A DNA stretch of 63,808 nt, filler included, from Collodictyon triciliatum (taxonomy: Eukaryota), in the NCBI GenBank assembly GCA_043381765.1. It is 49 parts of 49 records of this genome, joined end to end, with 100 filler letters (N's around TTAATTAATTAA, not from the genome) between each part and the next. Parts side by side here need not be neighbours in the genome. Positions count along the whole stretch, not along the records: positions 27,466 to 28,671 come from JBHJMP010011858.1; positions 28,772 to 29,976 come from JBHJMP010011859.1; positions 30,077 to 31,281 come from JBHJMP010011860.1; positions 31,382 to 32,586 come from JBHJMP010011861.1; positions 32,687 to 33,891 come from JBHJMP010011862.1; positions 33,992 to 35,195 come from JBHJMP010011863.1; positions 35,296 to 36,499 come from JBHJMP010011864.1; positions 36,600 to 37,802 come from JBHJMP010011865.1; 41 more parts are not named here. One strand, written 5' to 3'. The position numbers and the translations under genes are program-made. Shown here piece after piece: positions 27,466-40,508 of the stretch. The notes beneath the pieces are model-generated. The model saw nothing but the letters and a program-made list of their open reading frames with translations, was not told where the DNA came from and made no database searches. How positions within the stretch are numbered: the stretch's first letter is position 1; every line of letters begins with the position of its first letter.

Positions 27466-28671
27466 GTCTCAGCGGGGGCCTCTGCGCCGTCTGCATCAGC
27501 CAGTACAACAACCCATGTTTCCTGCCATGCCAACACACTTTCTGCTCTACCTGCATCAAAACAGTCATCACCGACTCAAACGAGGAGCCACCACTTCGAT
27601 GCCCGCTATGCGCCAAACCAGCCTACGTGGATGAGAACACACTTGCTGAATTAAGGGTATTCGACTATGATGCGGCCTCTTTTGGAGGTATTAACGCTGG
27701 TCTCGGGGCTGGGAAGACCACAGCAGGCGTTGTAGTGATTAAATGCAGAGGAAGGAACTGCCAAAGCGACGCCACTCACTACTGCACTATTTGTGGTACG
27801 AAAGGTGTATTCTGCGAAACTCACGGTGGAATCCATGCGGAAGTGAATGACGAAGACCATGTTATCAAGTAAGAATAATTTTTTTTTATCAATGCACTGC
27901 CATATAAATTGATTCGAACTAGAATTATGGCGATGATACATTCACATCCTCACATTTTTTTTCATTCAGTAAACTCGGGTTCGGGGCCTTACCGAGTGCA
28001 AAGAAAATAGAAATCTGCTCGATTCATAAGAATGCTATCAAATTCTTCTGCCCATCCTGCCCCGAATCTCCCATGAAATGCGCTGAGTGTGTATTAGAGG
28101 ATAAACCACATCAAAAGCTGAGGGTTCCAATCAATCAAGAAGGATTCGACGCCAATTCCATCCTAGCCACCAAAATCCAAGAGCTCCGCAAGTCAGAGAA
28201 CAAACTTGCACCGAATATTGCATCAATCCAACTGAAGATGCGAAAGGTTAGATAATTCACAATATTTTATTTCCATCGAAAAATATCTTAATTTGCGAAC
28301 ATAGATATCACAATAACAACCTTACCCATATAGGAAGCTGAGCAGCACCAGAAGAGAGGCAATGAACTCGATGCGTTCGTGAAAGAACTTGAAGCACAAG
28401 TCAACCAGTTCAAGACTGAGTCTAAGAAGGAGGTACCCTAACCACTTTCTTTTTCAAGCATTTTATCAAAAAAAAAAAAAAATAATGGCACACCCCAACG
28501 GGAATTAACACAAAATATTGCCCAGCTCGAAGCGTTGAACGAGTCCATCCTTATCCCGCTGAGGCACTCGCAGAGCAGCCTCATGAACGAAATGCGCCGA
28601 ATCCACATCGCCAAGCGAACCCTGCGCAAGCTGATTGAAAAGCCCGAAGGCGAGCGCTCCCTGGTCCAGAT
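27466..28671 (+). CDS. TRIM/RBCC-like E3 ligase (RING, two B-boxes, coiled coil), partial, spliced
   Basis: RING CAVC..LPCQHTFCSTC..CPLC; B-box1-like CRGRNC..YCTIC..FCETH..H; B-box2 CSIH..FFCPSC..CAEC..H; then coiled-coil exons. Confidence 0.85.
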
Positions 28672-30109
28672 NNNNNNNNNNNNNNNNNNNNNNNNNNNNN
28701 NNNNNNNNNNNNNNNTTAATTAATTAANNNNNNNNNNNNNNNNNNNNNNNNNNNNNNNNNNNNNNNNNNNNGTGTGAAATAATATATTATTAGATATATC
28801 ATATATTATAGCAAACAAAATTATGTTACTTGAAATACGTAAATTAAATCAAGTGAAAAGCGTCACAAATAAAATTGATAATATCAAATCTTATCAACCA
28901 ATCTATCATATAATTAGACATATATTATAGGGACCCCCAAAGAAAAAATGGTAAATTCCCTTGGCAAAAAAAATAAAAATCGGCGTAGAGAAAATATATA
29001 ATTTTGATTATCAACTCCAAGGGCAATTGACATAATTCAAAAAAAAAAAAAAAACGAATGGTCTGAGAAAAAATTCTACTCTAATTGTACCCTGAAAAAT
29101 TTTCTTTTAAAAATAAAAGCAATACAACTTCCCATAGATATTTCAATATAAAAGTACTTTGATATGATACAAGATTCTGATTGATATAAGAAAACATGAG
29201 ATAATAAAAACAAAAAAAATCACGCTCGAGTGTGAAAGTTTGAACTTTGAATGAAAAACAGTGCTGGTGAATACTATAGTGTTAATTCTAAGACCGAAGA
29301 TATATTTATTGGTAAAGGCAAAAATATTTGGAATTTTTTTTTAAAAAAATTCGGCTGTAAACAAAGACCCACTTGCTTTTAATTGATATGAAATAAATGG
29401 ATACATGCCATGACCCCGAAGGTGCGTTTTTCTCAGAAATATATAGGTTAACCTGAATGTTGTATTAATCGAGAAAACATATATTATGCCATGAAAAGAG
29501 AGAATTTACAACTAAACATGAAAATGAATATAAAAAAGGAGCTTTTGATTTTAATCACAACCTTAAAAAAAAACTTAACCTCAACTAGTAAATAAGAATA
29601 AGTGAAAATTTTGCGGACGTTGCTTTTCGTGTTTCCTTCGCTTTAAGTATCCCTTCAACTATGCGGAGATGACTACCTTGATGCCTCCAATATTAATCTT
29701 AATCACGTCAGTCTGAATGGGTAGTTTAAGGGGGTATTTCTTTCAGGGGTTTGGAGATGCGCTGCTCTTGGGTCTTGCGATGTGCGGGCTTGTCCAGTGT
29801 TGGTGGTGAAGGGCTCAAGTGCGAAGATTTTGAAGAGGAAGCGAGATTTCCTCCATGTCATCGTCGCTGTCGCTATATGCGCGTATCTGCTGTGAGTCTT
29901 GCGGGCTCAGTTGTTGCCTGGCCTTGGCTTCCTTGACCCCGTTGCTGCTTGTCTGCTTGGCAGGTGTATTCTTTTGNNNNNNNNNNNNNNNNNNNNNNNN
30001 NNNNNNNNNNNNNNNNNNNNTTAATTAATTAANNNNNNNNNNNNNNNNNNNNNNNNNNNNNNNNNNNNNNNNNNNNTTCTTTTTTCCTTTTTTTTTTCTT
30101 TTTTTTTTC

Positions 30110-31100
30110 CTTTTAAAAGCAGCAAATCGTCACTCCTTCCTTGTCTTATAGGAAGTATGTTTAACGTCAAAGAGCGATTATCTAAACCAGACGAGTCATC
30201 TTACACACATCACACATCACACATCAGCTGTGCTTGAGTTATCGCGTTGGTTTTCACACATTTTTTCTCAGCATAGAAATGAATCTTTATTTCGTTGCTG
30301 CCACTTGAAACATCATGATTTGATGCAGCTTACATATGAATCATACAAAACTCATGACATTCTCGTATCCGGTAATATCAAAACATAAGCATACAAAAGC
30401 CTCGTTATGATGCAAATCTGAACTTCCTTCGCAATAATAAAGGGCAGTACATCAAGCAATGTCCATGACTGCAGAAGCACACAATTTAAATTCACAGCAA
30501 ATGAACGGCAGCCAATGAGACAATATTTCCTCACACAACATGCCTATCACCACAACGATGCTGCATCGCAACAAAATTGAGCCAGAACTGGGTAAAGCTG
30601 TGTGTGCAGCTGCTAATTGTGTAATACCATATGAGAAATGAAAATAATAAACATGCAAAGTGAACATAAATATTATCTGAACTCAGAAAGATTCCATTTA
30701 TTGGTAACGCTGCTTGTTTGTAATGAACTATATATCAACAGACTTCTGGCTATGAAATGAAACGCTTTGCGACGGACCTGCACCCAAGTTTGTCTACTTG
30801 CCATTTTCATAAATTATTTTATTTTATATTTGTTCAAAGTGTTGGAGATTCTGGCTTTGGCTTTCTAAACTTTGTTTATATGTACGCTCAATCACATCTG
30901 ATTGGTGGGGTTGTAGTAGTCGGTAGTCAGGAATTGCATCTCGCGGTTTGGCTTTTGGGCTGTGTCTTGTGCCTGCATGAGAAGTGAAGTGAGGTTTAGT
31001 TTTTTTTTTCTCAGCCTATTTCCACATGTCTCTTCTCGCGGAGTCTGAATAATGAAGAATGTCAAGTGACTAGACAAGCTGTTGGGGAAAGATATAAATA
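30110..31100 (-). repeat. About 1-kb dispersed repeat, copy 1 (homologous to 57419-58410)
   Basis: Collinear similarity to the reverse complement of 57419-58410 over the full length, with many substitutions and small indels. Confidence 0.92.
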
Positions 31101-32686
31101 AAGAACAAAATGAACTAAATAATGATAAAAATATCCTGGCGATATGCGCCTTGCTAGGTATTTTGACATAACTCTTGCCGTGCTTTTGGTTTCTCGTTTA
31201 ATTATCGTTATTTAATTTATTATATAAACTGCTTTATTTTTTCTTTATTTACAATATGCTTATATTTCAAAAAACAAACTANNNNNNNNNNNNNNNNNNN
31301 NNNNNNNNNNNNNNNNNNNNNNNNNTTAATTAATTAANNNNNNNNNNNNNNNNNNNNNNNNNNNNNNNNNNNNNNNNNNNNCTCTATTCCAATATCCTAT
31401 CAATTAAACACCTGCGATGGGTATTGGAGATGGTGTTCCAACTCTCCAATTCGAGTATATGCGTATTGCTTGTCGGCTGTGCTCTTCAACCTCCCTTTCA
31501 AGAGTGATTATGCTTCGCGGTTGATTGGGGTGTTGAGTAAGAATCCAAGAAATTTTTACAGAAACAAACAAATCGCAAAATAAAAAAAAAGTAACCAGAA
31601 CAACATCGAATGTGAAACCAAAGAGAAACCTGTCTGTTGAAGGATTATAGCGGATACTCAAAATGTACGGCTGGATGGCCTGGAAACGATGCATGAGACG
31701 GTTTTCAGATTGATTAGAAGCCGACGTAGCCGAGTACGCAGAAATTACTCCTTAGCAGAATAAAAGTGGATGCATATATAGAAATAGAAAGAGAGAGAGA
31801 GAAGGGCGATAAGTCAGGCGATGCATATAATGCAGACGTTTCATGGTAACTAACTAAATGGCATAGATTTGTTGGAAGTGAAGAAGAATATCAAGCCGCG
31901 ATGAACGAAGGGAACAACATCGAAGCAAACATGGACAGGGGATAGAAGCCACTACTGTCGAATTAAAAATGAGACCATTCGAAGACGCCACCAAGAAAAG
32001 GTCGCAGGCCGGAGCCACGTCGAAAGGCTCGGTTTTCTGGTAATCAAGAGAGGACAAACGGCAAGGTCAAAGGGAGGGTATATCGTTGCGCAAAAAGGCC
32101 GGGTCATAATAGCGGACAAGAAGAAAAAGGCTCGAAAAAGAAAGCGATCTGTGTTGGTAGCGAAAGGATGAGTGCAAGCTGGACCTGCGCCAAGATCGAC
32201 TGCCGCTCGAAAATCTGCATCGTGAGCTGCCCGCTTGCCATCGACGAGCTCATGTTGCGCTCTGCAAAGGTCAACAAGCCGATAACCAAAGGTGAGTGTG
32301 TTTTTCTCTCCGCCCAAACGTGAGGTTAATGGCTTGCTTTCTTTCCGCACAGAAGTTATGTTGCTTCGCTACAAGAATTTTCTAACTCGCTCCTGAACTA
32401 TTGCTTGTCCTGCCCTCGGGTGAAAAGTTTGAGGTCTTTGTTGGACTCTGCTACCCAAGTTGAAGATATTTATTACATGGGTACATACATACATACATAC
32501 ATACATACATACATACATACATACATACATACATACATACATACATACATACATACATACATACATACATACATACATACATACATNNNNNNNNNNNNNN
32601 NNNNNNNNNNNNNNNNNNNNNNNNNNNNNNTTAATTAATTAANNNNNNNNNNNNNNNNNNNNNNNNNNNNNNNNNNNNNNNNNNNN

Positions 32687-33891
32687 TAGAAGTAACAATT
32701 AGCAAACTAAAGAAAGTAGGGCTTATAATAAGTAAAGATAAATCAACAACCAACTACCAAACCGACTCCCTCACGCCCAAGAAATCGGACAAGATGGAAC
32801 AAATAGATACCTAGGAGTCTACAAAGACCAAGGAAACCAAATAGCAATAACGACAAAGACAGAGACCTGAGAAGAGATGTAGAAACGAATAAAAAAAAAC
32901 TATGTGCAACAAACCTAAATGCCAAACACTCCTCCCAAGCAATGGATGAGTTTGCCCTACCAGTACTAAACTATCATATAGGCCTTTTCGACTATAGCGC
33001 GGACGAATTCAGAGAGATAGGCTTAAAATTGAGAAATTTCCTAAGGAGCGAGAAAGTCTACTTCAAAGCTGCAAGCAGGCAGTGTCTACCTACACAGAAA
33101 TGAAAAAAAGAGTGGGACTCGCCAGCATTGAAAACTAAGCAGAAAGACTACTTATAAACTTCTACCGCTCCCCAAGCGACATCTCGACGAACAATTGGAA
33201 CACTACTATCCTAATGATGAGAAAAAAGAGATATCCCCAGCCACTCAAACTGAGGAAATACTGACAGCTAAATGCCCGAGGCTTAACCTCAACATGTATA
33301 GTATCACGGAGCTACAAAACGCTCAAATTCAGCACCTAAACGGAAGAAACAGTAAGAAAATCCCACTCCATATTCTATAAAAGTCTAGAATAGAACATCC
33401 GAAAGAAAGACCCCAACAAATGGCTGATGAAAGGAATTAGTTCCCCAAGAGAAGGAACTACATGCATCGCCCTGCAAGATGGCAATACATTCTTTAATAA
33501 CATAACAAATTGCAAAACTTGTAAGATAGAAAGGAACCTTCCCCACGTAGCAGGGGCATACACCCTTCATCTACCACCCTTCACCACACGCCACAACAAA
33601 GTAGTCTGATGCATCCACAAAAACCTAACCCCAGAATACAACTCCCGAAAAACAAGAGGCTCAAAAGACACAGAATAGAAAAAGTAATAGCAAACTAATA
33701 CACCACGATACACTCTGGCTGTAACTTTGACCCCAAAGCCCAGAAAACGGCTATTAGACCTGGCTTGATAGTCCACGATAAGATTCGCGAACCCATACAC
33801 ATAATTGATGTAGTGGTAGTAATGCCAGGAGCGAGCCAAAATAAGAATAAGAGAAAGTGAGCAAGTACGAGACCCTGAGGAGAGACCTGGC
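32687..33891 (+). mobile_element. Decayed R4/EhLINE-like non-LTR retrotransposon (RT end, zinc knuckle, restriction-like endonuclease)
   Basis: RYLGV..KRIKKLCATNLNAK..AMDEFALPVLNYHIG; NKWLMKG..ALQD; CKTC..H..FTTRHNKVV*CIH; IIDVVV. Many stops and frameshifts. Confidence 0.85.
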
Positions 33892-34933
33892 NNNNNNNNN
33901 NNNNNNNNNNNNNNNNNNNNNNNNNNNNNNNNNNNTTAATTAATTAANNNNNNNNNNNNNNNNNNNNNNNNNNNNNNNNNNNNNNNNNNNNAATTACTTC
34001 AGTAGGAATAGATTCACTACCAGTGTTTTACCTATTTATGTCGTTAATATATCGGTTGATTTTAATTCCTCCTTACTTTTTGAAGTAACATATTTTAAAG
34101 AATCCTTCGAATTAACACATAGTAAGTAACTTATTCAAGTCATCATCGCAGTCCATTGGGTCGTTTTTGAAAAGTTTCAACGGAAAAAATCACTTTCTAT
34201 TGTATGTACTAGATTCTTAAAGACTCCTTTTTCATGCCGATTGAGAGCAACCAAGACCATTGTTTAGCCATTGACACTCCTTCGTAGATGAATCATTTTA
34301 ACTGCCTCGGATGAACTAACAAAACTGATCGATAATAATTTATGACCATAGTTTATCTTTCCAAAAGCGTTTTAGGGGATAATATTTCATGAGTTGATGT
34401 TGGCTACACATAAAAGGGCATTTTCATTCGTGTCTTTCATATTTGATCGAATGGCAATTCGCAAGTAGGGAACTGATAACAATTCATTGACTTTTAAACT
34501 GGCTTTGAATGAAAATTTTTTACCTTGGCATGTGACACAAATGAAAGATATGCATGAACCTTTTCAAAAAAGAATAATATATGAATATATGTATATTCTT
34601 CCTTTCAATACAAGCAAGGTAAGATATTAAGGCCTTCAGAAAAAAAAGTATCCTAATATCCTAAGTTTCTCAGCTTGGTTGACACCCGGCAAATTCTTAG
34701 TTGCTCTATGGTGCACATGAAATTCCCTTGTATATAATTTTCTCTTTTATCTAACAATAATACTAACAAGTAAAAGGAATGTTTTTTAAAAAACTACGGA
34801 AGTTGTCATAGTAATAAATAAAATCATTTATTTAATTGCTGAATGAGTTGCCTCTAGCTGGGTTAAAAAAAATGATGCCGCCTTGGGGGATAAAATGGGA
34901 CTTGAACGTGTTAAAAAAATGCAACCTAAGATG

Positions 34934-35051
34934 TTTTTTTTTCCTTTATTCGATTCAAAGTGCAGCGAGGTTATGCCATACAAAGGGGCGGGATGGGAGC
35001 GCATGGTAGATAACAAACGCGAGTAGAGGAAGACACTACCGTAGAGAGGCT
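34934..35051 (-). mobile_element. 5'-truncated retroelement tail with target-site duplication (TSD)
   Basis: Near-identical to 48828-48913. Flanked by AAATGCAACCTAAGAT (34917-34932) and AAATGCATTCTAAGAT (35052-35067). Confidence 0.85.
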
Positions 35052-36117
35052 AAATGCATTCTAAGATAATTTCATTACGGTGGAATGGATGAGTTCTTTA
35101 TGTCTATGTCTATGTCTATGTCTATGTCTATGTCTATGTCTATGTCTATGTCTATGTCTATGTCTATGTCTATGTCTATGTCTATGTCTATGTCTNNNNN
35201 NNNNNNNNNNNNNNNNNNNNNNNNNNNNNNNNNNNNNNNTTAATTAATTAANNNNNNNNNNNNNNNNNNNNNNNNNNNNNNNNNNNNNNNNNNNNTTTTT
35301 GGTTTGTTTTTTGGTTTGTTTTTTGGTTTGTTTTTTGGTTTGTTTTTTGGTTTGTTTTTTGGTTTGTTTTTTGGTTTGTTTTTTGGTTTGTTTTTTGGTT
35401 TGTTTTTTGGTTTGTTTTTTTGGTCTATAATCATTGAATGGTATTATTTAGCACAAATGCATAATCTTTTAAATAATATATGAAATATCAAAATTGCATT
35501 TGTATCGATTATACAATCTGTTATTTCTTAAAACTTATATGGTTCCTTTCTAATTCGTATAACTCTAAAGAGGAATATAAATTGGATTGGTCAAAGGAGC
35601 ACATGAGCAAAAGAACCAAAATTATTACTCGTAGCAATGGCAAGAACAGTGGAAATGTCAATGGCAGGACCGGAAGGACGCTGTATATAGGCCTTTGTAA
35701 CAACATTTCCGGCCATTCATGGGACGCAGGGCTTACGAAATAGCTAATTTTATGCAATTATATATTAGTACCGCATGAAGAAAAAATATGGGCATTTATA
35801 TTATGTTTTTCAAGGACCATAGAACATGGCATAGGTCCTACTAGTTTCTATTCTCGGCATTTTTCTGATTAAAAGAAATATATAGGTTATAATTACCGGC
35901 ACGCGTTCACAATCAGAGTCGAACACATGGTGATTATCAGGGTAAGGCCCAGTTTCTTTTGAATGAAGTTGTATAATCGGTCCAGTGGAGTGGGTGGATG
36001 GTGGTTTTCGGTAAACAGGTTCAGTGTCTGTTTAAATGGTGCTTACGGTTACAAAATAAAAACATATATTTGCTATAAGACAAAATTACTTTGTCTCATA
36101 TTTCTAAACCAATACAT

Positions 36118-36133
36118 TTTTTTCCTTTATTCG
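36118..36133 (-). mobile_element. Ultra-short (about 16 nt) retroelement tail insertion with 18-bp TSD
   Basis: ATTTCTAAACCAATACAT at 36100-36117 and 36134-36151 flanks the reverse complement of CGAATAAAGGAAAAAA. Confidence 0.8.
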
Positions 36134-36599
36134 ATTTCTAAACCAATACATATGCTATGATTCGAAAATTCATTCACAAAAAAGCGGTTGGGTTTGATGA
36201 ATTCAATTTCATATATTACCTGTTTGATATTTTGAATGCACGGAGTCTCTTTACATTCAAATATTTTTAACGATTGGTCGGCCCATTCATCAGGATTGTA
36301 CCTATATTAAAAAAAATTATTCTGGTAATATGCATGTAATTGCAGTCCTCGAAACGTACCAGAGCATGTTTCAAATAACCCTTTTTGTTTAGTTTTTTGC
36401 TATTGTTTTGTTGTTGTTTTGTTGTTGTTTTGTTGTTGTTTTGTTGTTGTTTTGTTGTTGTTTTGTTGTTGTTTTGTTGTTGTTTTGCTGTTGTTTTGTN
36501 NNNNNNNNNNNNNNNNNNNNNNNNNNNNNNNNNNNNNNNNNNNTTAATTAATTAANNNNNNNNNNNNNNNNNNNNNNNNNNNNNNNNNNNNNNNNNNNN

Positions 36600-37690
36600 G
36601 AAACATCACAAAATTTCTGGACTTAAGCATTTCTCCTCTCATATAAAAATTGATTTGTAGATATCAAGTCTGGTCGATTTTCGAAACCTTACCAGATTAT
36701 GCGATATAAATTTGAGGCGGAACATGTTTCAAGATAAAGTTCAATCTTTTTTGGGCTCTTTAGAATTGCATAAGGACCAATTGCTGTATACGAGCAATCA
36801 TATACAAAACATACCTCATGAGCTCTGCTTGATACCAAAAAAATTCGAAAATTATATATTCACAGATAACAAGGTAACTATGGAATTTATATGCAAATAT
36901 TTACCGATTTTAAAATTTAATATGTGTTTCATAAGAATAGTACTCTACTTTAGATTAGGGAGATTCCATCATGGTTTTGCTATTTTTTGTGGATGAAGTC
37001 TCTTGTAATAGCCAAGAACTCGCTTACCTCTCTACCGCCTGCGATATCACTTTTGTCTAATTTGACTTCCTTGTACATTCAAGAAAATCAACTAAGTGTT
37101 TTACCTGTTGAAGTATCAGGCCTAAAATCGATCATTCGTTTTAATATATGCGACAATCCGGTACCTTTATTTCTTAATCACCTCTTTGCTGCGACATAAT
37201 AAGCGCCACAATCATACTCATTCTCCATCAATGTATGAAACATGAATGCAGATCGAAACACTCCCGCAAGGAATAAGTTGTCTGTCGAATTTGAAAGAAC
37301 TGATGATTGAAAACAAGGGCAGCATAACAATTAATCGAGCACATCGTAGCATCACAATAATCCCATGCTGGTCTCATATCGAGATGCAAGCGCTTTCTTT
37401 GATGAGTTCTTATTCAAGAAAACTCCAGAGAGTAGTCTTGTATGACATTATTCGCGTAAATGAACAGCTGTGCTCAGTCCCTAACATTGAAATGGATTTT
37501 GGAGAAATAACTCTTGTAGATTTATCGCACAATGAGGTCTCTATCATCAAAAATGAATTTAACTTTTTTTTTTTATTTTACATAAATTAATCAAAGCTGA
37601 TAAACCATTCATTTATAGCTCTCAGATTTGCCAGCTTCGTTTGTCTCTATGAAGAAATTAAAGGCTGTTCACTTGAAAATGAACCAGGTT
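36600..37690 (+). CDS. Leucine-rich repeat protein, internal exons
   Basis: LxxLxxxxNxLxxLP repeats (SLVIAKNSLTSLPPAISLLSNLTSLYIQENQLSVLP) with short GT-AG introns. Confidence 0.85.
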
Positions 37691-37902
37691 TAGATTGTAG
37701 TGAAAAAAATGGCTTCTTTCGAGCCCAAAGTGATTTATAATCTGTTTTATTGCCGCGATAGTAAAATATAAACGGGAATCCCCCGCCTCCTTAAATCATT
37801 TTNNNNNNNNNNNNNNNNNNNNNNNNNNNNNNNNNNNNNNNNNNNNTTAATTAATTAANNNNNNNNNNNNNNNNNNNNNNNNNNNNNNNNNNNNNNNNNN
37901 NN

Positions 37903-37990
<88 letters not shown>

Positions 37991-38081
37991 AAAAAAAAAA
38001 CCAAAAAAAAACCAAAAAAAAACCAAAAAAAAAACAAAAAAACGAAAAGACATATGAAGAGGAAGCTAAAGCAAGATAAAC

Positions 38082-38875
38082 CTTGCAAAGGCGCTGCATG
38101 ACAAATGGAAACAAATCAGGGTTGATAGCTGACATAACATAAATGAGAGATATAGCATCTAAGGAGCCTTCTGGGATTGGAATATGGTCTTTTGTAATAT
38201 CGCAAACAAACGCTTCACACCTCCCGGTTGCATACATCTCATTTTGCTGCAAAACGAATGCTATGAGTCAAAATATGAAAGAAAATATAAGAGCTTGATG
38301 AAAAGTGAATTATGTGCATTTATCCTCTTGTTGGTCTCTAATTTACCCATACCTTCACCAAATCGACAGCTCGAGGACTAAAGTCACATGCATATGTAAA
38401 TAAGTTGGGATTCTCGCTCAACAGAGGAAATATGGTACTTCCAGTCCCACAACCAACCTCAAACAAACGAAATGGTTCTTGGGTGTCCCCTCCCTAGTTT
38501 TTATGGAAATAGGTGTGAGTTGTCTTCAACTATGAACAGGTTATGTAGATCTTATTTTGATTTATGGATTAATCCATTCCAAATTACATAGAAAGTATGA
38601 GAGATTGTAAGTTTGTAAAGTATACCGGAGAGTCTGAATCAATTACGATATTTTTTTTTGTGCTTCGCAAAAAATATAACCACGTATCTTGCTTCTCTCC
38701 TTTTTTTTTTAAAAAAAAAGAATTATTTTTATTTTCCAAACCTGTGGTATTAATTCCTGAAATTCTCGCATAAGCCAATGCCTATCTTTAAAGAAGCGAT
38801 TCCCATTTTTCTTGTAGAATATATCCCAGTTTCTCTTGGCATCCTTTTCAAGTTTCTCTATGTGATGATACAGTG
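38082..38875 (-). CDS. METTL6: tRNA N3-methylcytidine methyltransferase (METTL6/METTL2/Trm140 family), partial
   Basis: NWDIFYKKNGNRFFKDRHWL, FEVGCGTGSTIFPLL, YACDFSPRAVDLVK, AFVCDIT and IYVMSAINP. METTL2 versus METTL6 is not strictly resolvable by eye. Confidence 0.88.
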
Positions 38876-40508
38876 CTGGGATCAGCGATGACAAAGTCAC
38901 ATCATCACTCAAAGTTTTCTTTGAATGCATACATGCATAAGTGATAATCTAATGCCCAAGAATACGCACTAAAAACATTTAAAGGGAAATTAAATAACGT
39001 TGGGCAGAAATAAAAATAAAAATAAAAATAAAAATAAAAATAAAAATAAAAATAAAAATAAAAATAAAAATAAAAATAAAAATAAAAATAAAAATAAAAA
39101 TAAAANNNNNNNNNNNNNNNNNNNNNNNNNNNNNNNNNNNNNNNNNNNNTTAATTAATTAANNNNNNNNNNNNNNNNNNNNNNNNNNNNNNNNNNNNNNN
39201 NNNNNTTACGTATAGAGTTGTGAGTGGATTCTTCCTTGTTTTGTTGTCGCTATTGTTTTTTATTTTCAATAGGTGTTGCAGAGCATTAGGACGATTGATG
39301 GGCTTTCCTCGGTCTGTGTTTGCGTGGCCTTGTTTGCTTTTCTGATGGGGTCGCAACATCACGCCACAACCTCTTCTGAGTTGCTGGCCTCGCGTTGGCC
39401 ATCTTGTTCAGATGCTTGTTGGGATCGTTCGCATCACCAGCTTTGTCATTGTTAGATATGACTTCCTCTGCTTCCACCCTTAGGATTAACGGCTTCCGTT
39501 TTTATCTTCAACCGCCAAAAACAAACCCAAATAGGTATTTAACCTGTTGAGAAGTCTAAATTGGGCTAAGTCTGTACGGACTAATCACACACACCACGTC
39601 TGGGTAAAATGATACTTGACGCTATGGTACGTTAGTCTCTTTGCACTGTAAAAAATATTTGATTATATAACAAAAGGTTTCTGAACTTTCATTACTAGAT
39701 TCAATAATTTTTATCGATAAAGTAATAAAAAATATATAAATTCCATTTTTGTTGAATTACAGGGTGCATTATATAGTTATATTTATGGCATTTTTTATAA
39801 ATAAATATGCATATATGATAAATAATGAGACATCATTATATTATATACGATAATATCCACAAATAAATAAATAAATTCACAGAAAACGCATTATCCTTGC
39901 TTAATTTTTTTTCTGCCAAAGACGAGCTGAGTCGCTTTTATCTCCTGCGCCATCACCATGACAAGGAAAGTGGGCCACCGCTGCAAGCATCCTTTCATCC
40001 ACACAGCACCTGCGATCCAAGCGGAATATACGAAGACCATAAGGCTCTGGATTCACACTTCCACTATTGCAAAGTTCCAAATACCAGCATTCCCTTTGCG
40101 CTTCTCCATTTTTTTATCCAACGCATCAAGACGAAGATGCTCGCGCACTTTCTCTCGGGCAGAGCTTGTGAGTAGAAGTTCGTTGTTTGTTGAAGCTCCA
40201 CTCAGTACTAACCTCACAGAAGCATGACGACCCAACCCAGTTTTTTCTCAGGTTTTTTTAAGGGGTTATGATAAGTCGATTTGAGCTCGTCGGGAGTGAA
40301 GGTTTTTTTTTTTTTAGATTTTACGCAAACCCATGCAGCGGGCTTTCGATGAAAGTAGATTTGTCAGGGCGATGCGACGAGCTACCTCTGAAACCCTCAA
40401 CATCAATTNNNNNNNNNNNNNNNNNNNNNNNNNNNNNNNNNNNNNNNNNNNNTTAATTAATTAANNNNNNNNNNNNNNNNNNNNNNNNNNNNNNNNNNNN
40501 NNNNNNNN

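Noticed and set aside
29620-29976. Possible LINE ORF1/ORF2 junction (DVIKINIGGIK.., minus strand)
   Set aside because: Several stops and only a vague similarity to the APE N-terminus.
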